From: Vitrella brassicaformis CCMP3155
Lineage: Eukaryota > Protista > Chromerida
Length of the DNA: 26,219 nt
Reading direction: 5' to 3'
NCBI GenBank assembly: GCA_001179505.1
Contig: CDMY01000733.1
Location: 1-26,219 of the forward strand
In this document: one piece after another, positions 10,030-20,952 of the stretch
Position numbering within the stretch: position 1 is the stretch's first letter
Layout of the letters: each line of letters opens with the position of its first letter
Notes under the pieces: model-generated
Told to the model about the DNA's origin: nothing
Databases searched by the model: none
What the model saw: the letters and a program-made list of their open reading frames with translations, nothing else
Translations under genes and position numbers: made by a program

Positions 10030-12984
10030 TCATTCGTCCTCCTCCTCGTCCTGCTGCTGCTGCGCCCTTTTCTTCTTTTTCTTCTTGGGCCGCTCCTCCG
10101 CCACCTCACCCTCTGCACACACCAGGCACACACACACGAGATGAGGCCATCCATCCATCCATCCACCACACACAAGATGATACACAGCGGCGTACCTTCT
10201 GCCCCCTCTTCAGTCTTCATGCCCTCCCCCCCGTCCTCCATGTCTCCCGCTGCAGCAGCAGCGGCAGGGCCGCCCGACATGGCCTTCCTTTTCTTGATCT
10301 TCTTGGGGGCGGGCACCTGATCGATCGCCGGAAGCGGACACACACGCGTGTGAGTGGAGTGGCTGTCAGTGGTGTTGACTGGGTGGGTGGGTGGCTGGCT
10401 GACCTCGTCTTGCTGCATCATCATGTCCTCGTCGGGCTCCTCCTCCTTGACGCGGGAGGGGGCCGACTTCTGCTGCACCTTCACCTGGTCAGCCGACGTG
10501 TCGTAGCCCTTCAGACCACTGAATGCGCACACACACAGACACGCAGTGGTGCTGCCGCCCGCCACCTCCCGTCTGTGCATCGTGTGTGAGTACCCTGCTC
10601 GCATGGGCGTGTATTTCTTGCCGCTCGGGGGGGCGAACTTGCCCATGCCTATTGATTGCAGCCAGCACATGAAGGACAGACAGATGAGTACAGTGCAGTG
10701 GCACTGCGTGTCACACAGGTGGGTGGGTGGCTTGGCTTGGCTTGGCTAGGGGGCGGCGCACCTTTGGTGGCATCACTCTCGAGTTCCATGAGGCGCTTCT
10801 CGACGTACTTTTTGTTCTCAATGCCCACAGTCGGCTCAGTCTGACACATAACGCAGCACACCACGGCAGGTGAGCAGGGCATGGATACGTGACGTGAGCG
10901 GTGTCATGTCGTCCCTCACTCACCTGATCTCCCAGTGCGTCGACTCGTATGGCCAGCGACAGCTTGGCAGCCAACACACGAGATATCTTCCCTGCACACA
11001 TCATCACACAACACGACACAACACAACAGACGCACTCTTTTTCCGTCTTTGCCGCGATGCCTCCCTCCCTGTCTGTCAATCGACCCGGCGCACCCTTGAA
11101 CTTTGGCGCCGACTGTCCCACGAGAGCCGCATGATAGATGAGGCCGTACTTGGGGGTGGCCTTCTTGGTCTTGAGCGCCCGGAACAACGCCTTCTCAGCA
11201 CCTACACACGCATTATACGCACAGAGTGTTCCTTCCGTGTGGTCAGCATGCTCGTTCGTCTCCTTTGCTCCCACACACACGTAGGTACCTACCGAGAATC
11301 TGTACGGTGGACGACGGGTGTTTGGCGAGGTTGATGAGGCTGCCGGCGTGTGCGATAAGTCGCGCCCCCACCAGCTCGCCCACCATGTGCGTTAGGTTGG
11401 GCGCGATGGCGCTCATCCGGTACTCAAGGTACTTGGCCAACGACCCCCTGCGCACCGCGCACACAAAACAGATGCATGACGTGGCACGCACGACAATGAC
11501 CCCACCGACCTGTATTCGCTGAGTTCGATGACCCTGTCGCAGAGTTCGAGGATGTTCTGGAGGTCCTCGTCGGTGATTTCCGTCCCCATCGATATCTCGG
11601 CCGCCTGCGCCACCTCCTTGGATATCTCCTCAGTCAGCAAATCGCTCAAGTCGATGTCCTTGGAGTGCGAACGCATCCCTACCATGGCCATATGTGCACA
11701 GCACACGCAAGGCAAGAGACAGTGTGGGCGGGGCGTGGGGGAGCAGATCCATGGGGCTGTGGATGGATGTGTGTGTGAATGGGATGCCCCCTCACCGAGT
11801 TCTTTGATGGTTTTGGCGTAGGTGACGTTGTCAGTGACGATCTTGGCGAGCTCGGGGAAGTGCCACCCGTACCACTCCCTGCTCGGACACACACAGGGAA
11901 GGGACAGACTCCGTCCGTGCAGCTTGCATGTAGGTGCCTGTGTGTACGCCATGCCTACTTGAGCCTCATAGCGAAGTTGTTGAGCTCGCGGTCCAAGTCA
12001 TCCAGCAATCCTGATTTGCACACACACACACACACCACACCAACAAGAGTCCTCGCACTTGTGTGAGTGACATGTGGTGGGTGGCGTGTGTCGTTTGCCT
12101 CGCTGCGTCCCTCCCTACCGATGGCCTGCACGATCATGGTGTCGACCTTCTCGGGGCTGAACTTGAGCTTGAACCGATTCAACGTGTGCGACAAACCCAA
12201 CGCCATCGTGCGCATGTCTGACGGAGGACGGAGGATGCCATGCCGACGGACAGATCATGCGATCGATGATGCACACACGAGCCACAGAAGGACCGTTCTT
12301 TGTCCATCCATCCAGATGGATTGAGGGCGGGCCGGTGCTGTGCTGGTGTACCAGGTACCTTTCTCTGAGATGTCGGCGATGAGTTCGGTGAGTTGGCTTC
12401 GGATGCCGCGGATGACCTCCTGCACCCCGGGGTTGTACACCACGTCGATCTCAAGCTTCTTCTGAATCAAACCGCCCAACGTCTTGTCAGCAACTGCAGC
12501 CGGTGCAGCCATCCATAACATCCATCATCAGCACACATCCGTCGCATCACACGAGGGAATGAACACACTCGCGGCCAGTTGAGTGAGCGGCCGACCGGCG
12601 AGTTTGTCGGTGAGTTGCTGGTCGTTGATGTTCTTCTTGAGGAACTTCCTGAGGCCCTTGTCGAGTTTGCTCTCCACCAAGGCCGTGGCGGCCGCCAAGG
12701 CGGCCTTGGTGTCCTTGAACCGAGAAAACGCCTCCAAACTCACTCTGACAGATAGATACGCCACAGATAGATATGCATACCCACCGAGGGAGAGAGACCA
12801 ACAAGCGAGTCTGTTCATGTGTGTGTGTGTCTGCATTCAGTCGTGCAGTGTGTGCGTACGCGCTTTGAGCTTTATCGGGTGTGGCGAACGCCTTGGCAAC
12901 GGAGGTGGCGTCCATCTCCTCCAGCCCACTCTTGAGCACCCGGAACAGCCCATAGCCAGCGGCGGTCTCCACAAGCACCAACAT
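10030..12984 (-). CDS. NOP58: Nucleolar protein 58 (box C/D snoRNP core, Nop domain), 15 exons
   Basis: Starts [14 protein letters not shown] and contains [118 protein letters not shown] and [10 protein letters not shown]. It ends in a K/E-rich tail, [21 protein letters not shown]. The N-terminus and the YGLIYH/GKISR motifs favour NOP58 over NOP56. Confidence 0.95.
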
Positions 12985-13152
12985 GACGATCGATGCGATG
13001 CTCACCCGGAAGGAGGCAGATGAGTCGGGTGAGTGAGTTCACTCAACAAACGCCCTCGATCTTGGTGTGATCCATCACCAGCACATCCTCGCAGACGCGC
13101 CACAGCCGCCAGAGAGGTGGAAAGGATCACTCCACACCTCGCCTCTGAGCTA

Positions 13153-13175
13153 AGCTCGCATACGCGTCGCGAGCT
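13153..13175. promoter_or_regulatory. Inverted motif pair (AGCTCGCA and CGCGAGCT) in the divergent promoter between NOP58 and the FAS1 gene
   Basis: AGCTCGCA at 13153-13160 and the 1-mismatch inverse CGCGAGCT at 13168-13175 lie between divergent ATGs at 12984 and 13622. Confidence 0.5.
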
Positions 13176-13621
13176 GTCAAGTTTGCTTTTCGCTGCTTTC
13201 CCTCTGCGAAAGCAGAATCACTTTGCTCTGACCTTTTGCCTGAGACCCCGCCGCGGCCGTGCGTGTCAAGATCTGCGACAGCAACCTTTTCTCAACACGT
13301 CCACGCGTCGGCCTGTTCGCCGCCATCTGCCGCACCGCCGCGCCCGCGCTTGCGTGACAGCGTCTGTCCAAGGAAGCCCGACGCCATTCGCGTTTTTGGA
13401 GGAATGAAGCTGCAGCAGCGCACGGCGCGGCCTGTCTCGCTCTGACTGACTCCTGACTGCCTGAGCGGCTTGCCTGCCTGCCTCTCAACGGTCACACACA
13501 GGAAAGCAGCATTCGAGTGCTTCCTACCGCCTCAAGCAAGCGACGTCTGACCTGATCTGGCCTTCTGCCCTGAGCTGTGTTCCTTTCTCTTTTCGCCCAA
13601 GTGAGTGAGTGAGTGGCTATC

Positions 13622-16600
13622 ATGATGGACCCATCGCCTCTGACGGCCATCCAAGGCGGCGGCGCCAACGCCCGTCCACCAGCCACAGCAGCCAGCAGCG
13701 CCACCACCCCCACCACAGCGCAGGTCGCCACCCCCACCACCGCACACGCCACCCCCCAGGCCAACGTGGCCAATTCACCCGGCGGCAGCTCGGCTGCCGT
13801 CCCCGAGAGCCCCATCAGCGTGGGCGAGAGTGATGCCGACTTCAGGCCTGGCCCGCGCTTCAAGGAGGGGTCTGGACCGGGTGGCGGTGGCCGGGGGAGG
13901 GGCGGCCGGAAGGGGTGCCCTCCTGGCGCCTGGAAGGCCATCCCTGCCGGCCTGGCCGTGGCCGCCGTCGGGGTTTTGATCGCACTGCTTGTGGTCTACT
14001 TGCGGGGCACCGAGTGCTCCTGGCATGTAAGTCAGCCCCTACACCCACACAGCAGCCAGCAACGGTTGGTTGATCGATGTGTTCGTCTGTGTGGTGTGGT
14101 GTGGTGTAGGAGGAGGGTGAGGCGTGTACGTTGAATTGGGAGACGAGTTCCAGCGGCAGCAGGAAAAGGTGCCTCGCACCGCTCACATGCGTCAGGAGCG
14201 ACACAGCCACCAACGACAACGAAGGTGGGAGGGAAACAAGCGAACCACCAACAGCTACCTCCTGCCATAGCTGACTGACTGATGTCTCTCTCTGTGTGCG
14301 TCATGCATGTGATGCATGTGATGACAGGCACGTGTGTGTTCCCGTATTCCCGTGGGCTGAACCAGCCCTGCGTGCCCGCGGATAATTCACAGCAGGAGCT
14401 GTGTGCCAACGGCCTTTTTTGTAATTCCTCCAACGTCTGCTCCCCCAGACACCTCATAGGTATACATGCTCATACCTGTCCACCAAAACACCACACAACA
14501 CACACGTGTCGTGAGGCATACACACTTGGTGCCCCTTCCTGTGTGTGTGTGTGTGTGTGTGTGTGTCAGGTTGCCCGTGTGACGCGAGTGAGAAGTCGCC
14601 GTGTGCGGCTGGGGGCCAGTGTCTTCGGATGGCCCTCAACGTGACCAACTTCGCCCCCTTCACCGAAGGATCCACCTCCCGTGCACGTTCGCTGCAGGGC
14701 ATCCCGTCCCGCAACAACATCGGCCACGACTGCCTGGCCGACATCCTCACCGACCCCGAGGTGGTCGACCCGCGGATCTCTATCGTGGAGCTGTCTCCGT
14801 CCTTCAACGCCTCCGTCAACGCCATCGCCAACCTCAACTCGAGCGTCGAAATCGACCGCAACGAGGGCTTCGTGTACGGCCACTTCTGCGTGCTGGAGGA
14901 GCTGCCCGTGGGCGGCAACTGCTCCACGCCATTTAGCTTCTGCTCCGACTGCGGGAGCTGCGACAACGGCACCTGTGTGGTGGGCAGGGATCCCGGCGGC
15001 AGGCCCTTCTCGGACGACACGACGGGCGTCATCGCCACTCGCGTCGACCGCAAAGAGGCGTCGTTCGCGGATGCACTCAGGACAAGACGGGGATGCATCG
15101 ACCAGTGCTGCCCAGAAGTACGCACACACACAAACACACACAAACACACGTGGTTATCCTTGTGTGTTGTTGGTCGATGGACCAGGGTTACTACTGTCCG
15201 GCAGCGAGCACGTCGCTGGTGGAGCCGGAGTGCCAGCCCCGGCAGGATGTGGACGCCCCCTGCGACGGGTCGAACCCCCAGCAGTGTGCCATAGGCCACG
15301 TCTGCCTCAACAACACATGCACCAAACAGTTCTCGAAGGCGCAGGGGCCTGTCGATGGGACAATCGGTGCGTGGGCACGTCGCACCCACCGGTGTCTCGC
15401 TGAGTGAGTGGCGTAGCTGTTTGTTTGACTTTGTGTGCAGGTATAGGTTTTGAGAATGCGACTTTGTGTGCGCCTTGGCTTAAGTGGGACGAGAACAGCC
15501 GGACCTGCCAGCGCGTCAACGGCACCACCTGTGACATCGACGCCGACTGCCAGGGCCTCGGCGGATTTGGGTACTGTGACTGTGAGACCTCCCTGTGCGT
15601 TTCGCCCGTCTTCGACGAATGCCTGGACGTCTTTCAGTCATATAAGGTCGGTCTACAGACAGCACAGGGCGTGGCGTCTCATTATCCCACCCGCCCTCAC
15701 GTGTGCTGTGCATGCGTAGGTGTCTGAGCAGCTGTACGCCACCCGTCGCGCAACTTTGGAGGAGTGGGAGCAAAGGTGGGCCGACCTGCTGTGCTGCCTC
15801 AACGCCACAGGCCGGGCACCCGTGACCCTCAAGGGCCTCACCCTCCCGCCCCAAGGCCTGTCCGACTCTGAGCTAGAGTTCCGCCCCTTCAAGTTCAACT
15901 GCACTGGCGGCCCAGCACAAGGCGTTCCAAGCCGCTCCTCGCCTGCCGAAGGCTCCCCTGCGGCGTCATTTGTGGACGAGTCACGAGGGACGCCCGTCGA
16001 GGATGCCCCATCGGGCACTGGCGACGGCGACGACTCCGCGCCCCGAGGCATCCCTGGCGCATCGGGTGTCGTCACCGACGAGTCATCTGCCGGTGCTGGG
16101 GCGGGCGGAGCCATCGACGAGCGTGACATCGGCGATGAGACGAGGTCGGAAAGGTTGGAGGCCCCCGACGGCCCCACCTCCGCACCCTCCTTTGCGGGTG
16201 ATGACTCCGAGGAGTCAGTGATCCGCAGCCCCGACAGTCAGCCGGTCGCCGAGGAGCCCGACACAGCAGAGGGCGGTGCTGGCGCAGGTGGCGCGCCGCC
16301 CTCCACTCCTCGCGACGTGGGCGATGACGTCGCGCCCGGTGTGAGTGAAGAGGATGCTGTTGGTGCTGAGCCGCCGAGTGAGGAGGGCTTCATTGAGGGC
16401 CAGACCACCAATGGGACCAACGGCACCGACGGCCAGCCATCCACCGGCGTTGGTGTGAGCGACGAGGAGGCCCCTGTGTCCGTCATTTCTGACCCCGATG
16501 GACCAGGAGCACCTGCCGAGGAGGAGGTCACCCTCCCGGATGAGGCCGACTTCTCCGACACCCCTCAGGAAGGCGTCGAGCCCGGTGCAGCTCCGCCCAC

Positions 16601-19600
16601 GGACGAGCAAGGACAACGTAAGTGAAGTGAGCACACGACACAGACAGACACCACACACCAATGACCAGAATGATGTCTCGTTTGTGTTTTGCCTGGCGCT
16701 CTGTCAGAGATCGGCAGCGGTCCCCTTGGTCCCTTCCCTGGTGGACGGCCAGCTGACGGCGGCGCCGGACCCGGAGAGGCTCCACCAGCTGGCGAGGCTC
16801 CATCTGCTGTCGAGGGTCCACCTGCCCCCGAGGGTCCACCTGCCCCTGGTGGTGACGGCGGCGCAGGAGCTCCGCCACCAGCTGCAGCTGGGCCAGAAGG
16901 GCCTCCCGACGGCGCACCAGCTCCCCCTCCCGGAGCGCCTGAAGTGGAGCCAGGCCAGAACCGCACCGGCGGTGAGGCGCCCCCCGACCAGCAAGACCAG
17001 CCTCAAGAGGGAGACCAGCCGCAAGAGGGCGACCAGCCCGGTGAGCAACCAGCAAGTGGCGAGGACGGCACGCAGCCGGATGGTGGAGAGGAACCCGGCT
17101 TGGGCGCAGGAGCGGGCGCAGGTGACGCAGAGGACGGGATGGGCGTCCCTCCCCCGCTCCCGAATGACACTGACGCGTCTCCCGGATCTCCAGCCCCTGG
17201 TGACGATATGTTCGTGCCACCAGCTGATGCCGGCGTTGGCCCCATCACTGGCGATGAAGGCGGCGCTGTCGCTGGACCACCGGCTGACCAACCGCGGGAA
17301 GGCGAGCCTCCTGCCGAGCAGCCGAGTGAAGGCGAGCCTCCTGCCGAGCAGCCGAGTGAGGGCGAGGCTCCAGCTCCCTCAGAAGGGGACGGTGACCGCA
17401 CTGCGCCTGGCGAGGCACCTGAGGAGGAGGTCGTCACTGCGCCAAGTGGGGCTGGTGGCACTGGGCCGAGCGGCGAGGCACCATCGGCAGAGGAGCCACC
17501 CGAAGGGCCCGCTGCTGCCCCGGAGGCTCCTGACCAGAACGACACGTCCGTCGACATTCCTGAAGGTCAGAATAATGGGACCATTACCGTCGAATTCGAC
17601 TTCCCAGACCAGACAGTGGCACCAGACGATGACCACACAGACACAGGACGAGACGAGGATGGGACAGTCAGCAGGGAGGATGGGACAGCCAGCAGGGAGG
17701 GGCCAGACAGTGACATTGAGAGTGATACAAATGAGCAACAGCCAGCAGCAGACGAGGAGGGAGGGGAGGGACAGCCGGCAGGCGGCGGAGGGGCCGTCAC
17801 TGTCGATGATGAATTTGACGTCTCTGATCGTGACGATGTGTCTCCCCCTGCAGAGTCCGACACAGCCGCCGAGGAGAGGGAGCCAGGTGCCGTGACACAG
17901 GTGGAGGACGCCGCCACGACGCCCACACCTCTCGATAGCGAAGAGGGAGAGGAAGAGCAAGAGGACCAGGGCCTGGTGGCGCCGCCCCCTCTGGACGAGG
18001 ATGACGACGACAGCGTGTTGATCATCATTGACGAGCCGGATGACGGTGACGCCATCGACGAGGGCGGGTCAGACGTCTCACCAGGTCAGAACATCACCTC
18101 GGGAGGAGGCGGGTCGCCAGGCCAGTCAGACGAGAGCGAGCCAGACCAGCCGGCCCCGGACAGCGGGGACGGCACCACACCAGACAGCAGGGATGGGACA
18201 AACAGCGGGCCGGTCCCGGATGATGAGGGCATGATCGCGCCTCCCGCACTCGAGCCTGATGTTCCCTCAGATGGTGACGGTGCCCCCGAAGGCGAGACCA
18301 CCCCTTCGCCGCTCGACGAGGAGGATGGCGTCGAAGCACCGCCCGTCAGCGATGAGGATGGAGACGGCGTCGACGACGTCGCGGCACCCCCCCGCACACA
18401 ACCTGGTGAAGAAGACGAGCTCCAGGTGGTCATGCCCCCTGATGTGACGGGCCCAGGCAGAGTGGGTGGCGAACCGGCTGACGGCCCACCAGGTCAGGAC
18501 ATAGCCCCGGGAGACGGGGCGGCTGTGCCAGGCCAGTCAGGCGAGGAAGAGCCAGACCAGCGAGACAGCCCAGCAGAGAGAGGGAATGGGACAGACAGCG
18601 ACAGCTCAGTGGGGGGCGGCGCGGTCGATCAGCCATCGGTCTCTAACGACACAGCCGACATGATCGTGCCTCCCCCACTCGAGCCTGATGACGGTGGCGC
18701 CTTCGATTCACGTGACGACGGCGCTGTGCCTGTCCTCTCAGATGTTGACGGCCCACGTGGCGAGCAGGAAGGCGTGACCACCCCCGCACCCCTCGACGAG
18801 CAGCAGCAGCGGCAGCCAGGGGAGGAGGGCGTGGCGTCGCCAGGCCCCGGTGAGGATGAGGATGAAGGTGACATGATCATCATCGATGAGCCCGAAGAAG
18901 GTCAGGAGAACAGAACTGCCGACGACGCACCCGGCCAGCCAGGCATAGACGAGATACGAGGTGGCGGGGGCCAGCCGACTGACAACTGGACAGACAGCCG
19001 AGATGAGGCGCCCAGCGAGGACAGTGGGAATGGGACAGTCAGCGAGCCAGACAGTGGGGAGGGGAATAACGGCACCAGACAGCAGCCCCCCGTCGCTGGA
19101 GGAGACACTAATGTCACTGACATCACTGTCCCCCGTCCCGGCCCCCCTGTGTCTGTTGATGGACCTACAGATCGCACCGAGCCCGGCCCGCCAGGAGATG
19201 ATGTCGAGGACGGCAGTGTCACGGCTCCTGATGGCGTCAGCGTGACCACTCCTGGCGATGAAGAAGATGGTGTGGCGCCGCCCCTGCTGGGAGGTGAAGG
19301 GCCGTCTGCGCCATCTGGGCCATCGGCGCCGTCTGGACCATCTGAAGAGGAGGGTGACGGTGATGGTGATGCAGGAGTGATCGACTCCAACCGCACTGTC
19401 GGTGACGCCCCGTTGCAGGCAGGACATGAGCGGTCGGGCGACGCTCTGTGCAAACTCATCTGCTCCTCACAGGTGAGTGAGGGAACACACAACACTCACT
19501 CACACAGACAGACGGGGGGGAGGCCGATAAATAAATGCGTCGCTCGCTCATTGTCTGGCCTCTTCCCTCCCTCGTGTGTGTTGTGGTGTGTCGTTCATGT

Positions 19601-20537
19601 GCAGGAGACCAGCACCTACTGCGCCCTGATCAAGAAGGCATCGGGCCTGCGGCTTCGGAGGAGCTTGCTCGGCTGGTCCTCCTCAGGAACGGGCCACTAC
19701 CAGTCCGGCTCACAATCGACAGGAGGCGAGTCGGAGAGGACGCCGTCGGACTCAGGTGGCGGCAGCGGCGAGATCGGCACTGCTTTCGGCCCTGCTGTCG
19801 ACGGCCGGAGTCGGCAACGGGTCAACATGGAGGCTGACAACCTCTACGACCTGCTCTGCTCGGGAGGGCCTTTCACTGGTACGCCTGCAGGCATGACGCG
19901 CTGCCCCTCCCTCCCTCCCTCCATCCACCCACCCACCCACGGGTGCATTGTGTGTGTGTTGGTCTGTGTGAACGACTGCAGTCTTCGCGCCCACGAACGC
20001 CGCTTTCGACGGCCTGGCGGACATCCTCATGAGGCGGCTCACCACATCAAGCGCCAATGACCTCGACACGGTGAGTGACGACGGACGGACGGAGGGAGAG
20101 GAAGGGCCTGCTTGACCCGGGAGCGATGTGTGTGCTTGTGTGTACATGTATGGGTGGTGCAGTTGTTGCGCAAGAGCATCTTCCAGGGTGAGTGGAACAC
20201 GGCCGACTTCAACAGCACCCGTCTGCACGTCAAGAACCTCAACGGCCACGGCGAGAGCCTCCGCTACTTCCAGATGGTCATGCCCAGACGCGTGGCCCTC
20301 GGCAGGTCCTACACCGCCGCAGAGGACCACACCGTCAACATCATCGCGTCAAACGGCGTCATCCACCTCATCTCCAACGCAGAGCACCTCAAGCTCGCCT
20401 ACCATCTCAGGGACAGGCGGAGCGGCTCCTTGCGGGGCAGCAGAGGGGCAGCTGGCCAACAGCGAGGGGGCCCGTGCCGACGGACGAGGGCGAGATCTCT
20501 CGAGGGCTCCTCAGCCTCAGCTGACGATGACTGCTAG
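13622..20537 (+). CDS. ~1995-aa type II membrane protein: cytoplasmic N-tail, TM, Cys-rich modules, acidic Pro/Gly/Asp/Glu stalk, C-terminal fasciclin (FAS1) domain; 11 exons
   Basis: In-phase exons 13622-14026, 14110-14224, 14328-14459, 14570-15117, 15186-15366, 15441-15646, 15720-16617, 16708-19472, 19605-19878, 19982-20070 and 20163-20537 total 5988 nt. The TM is AIPAGLAVAAVGVLIALLVVYL, preceded by basic residues. FAS1 motifs H1 (GPFTVFAPTNAAF) and H2 (NIIASNGVIHLIS) are present, along with many N-x-S/T sequons. Confidence 0.88.
16811..19345 (+). repeat. Coding tandem and degenerate repeats in the acidic stalk
   Basis: EGPPAP x2 (~16811), QPQEGD repeats (~16998), EGEPPAEQPS x2 plus a partial copy (~17298-17360), EDGT(V/A)SR x2 (~17655) and GPSAPS x2 plus a partial copy (~19298). 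Confidence 0.75.
19430..20390 (+). other. FAS1 (fasciclin) domain coding region of the large surface protein
   Basis: Reads TYCALIKKASG...NLYDLLCSGGPFT|VFAPTNAAFDGL...LLRKSIFQG...VNIIASNGVIHLIS. H1 is split by the 19879-19981 intron. Confidence 0.85.
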
Positions 20538-20902
20538 CACCGCCGCTCGACCGAATCAGTGGATGGATGAAACGGATAGATGGATGGATGGATGGCTGCT
20601 TCTCTGCCGGTCTGCGTGTCTGTGGCTGTGTCGCTGGCTGGCTGGCTGGTGCGTGCGGGGCGTTTAGTCGGTCGATGCATCCTTACATGCTGCTGGTGTG
20701 TGGTCGCCGTCCAAAGCTGAGGTCGAATGTGCGACAATGGATGTGGCTGTGGCTGCGGCTGTTGGGTGGGCGGGTGGGCGGCTGCTGCGCTGCTCTTGAG
20801 ACGCTGAGGAGGACAGGCAGGCTGCTGCTGGCTGGTGCTGGTGTGATGGTGTGTTGTAAGGGCGGTACGATGGGCGGGCGGGAGAGGGGCAGGGCGGGGC
20901 GA

Positions 20903-20952
20903 GGCGTTCTTTTTATTCAGTCATGGCGTGGCGTTCTTTTTATTCAGTCATG
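20903..20952. repeat. Direct duplication of a 23-bp unit
   Basis: GGCGTTCTTTTTATTCAGTCATG occurs at 20903-20925 and 20930-20952. Confidence 0.9.

Noticed and set aside
8618-12984. RPS19 and NOP58 adjacent, suggesting a ribosome-biogenesis cluster
   Set aside because: They are convergent genes with no shared promoter, and two-gene adjacency is weak evidence of functional clustering.
16528-19495. Several long antisense and alternative-frame ORFs over the acidic stalk, including 16498-17895 (+)
   Set aside because: These are expected in GC-rich, low-complexity coding DNA with few stop codons and give no independent evidence of coding.
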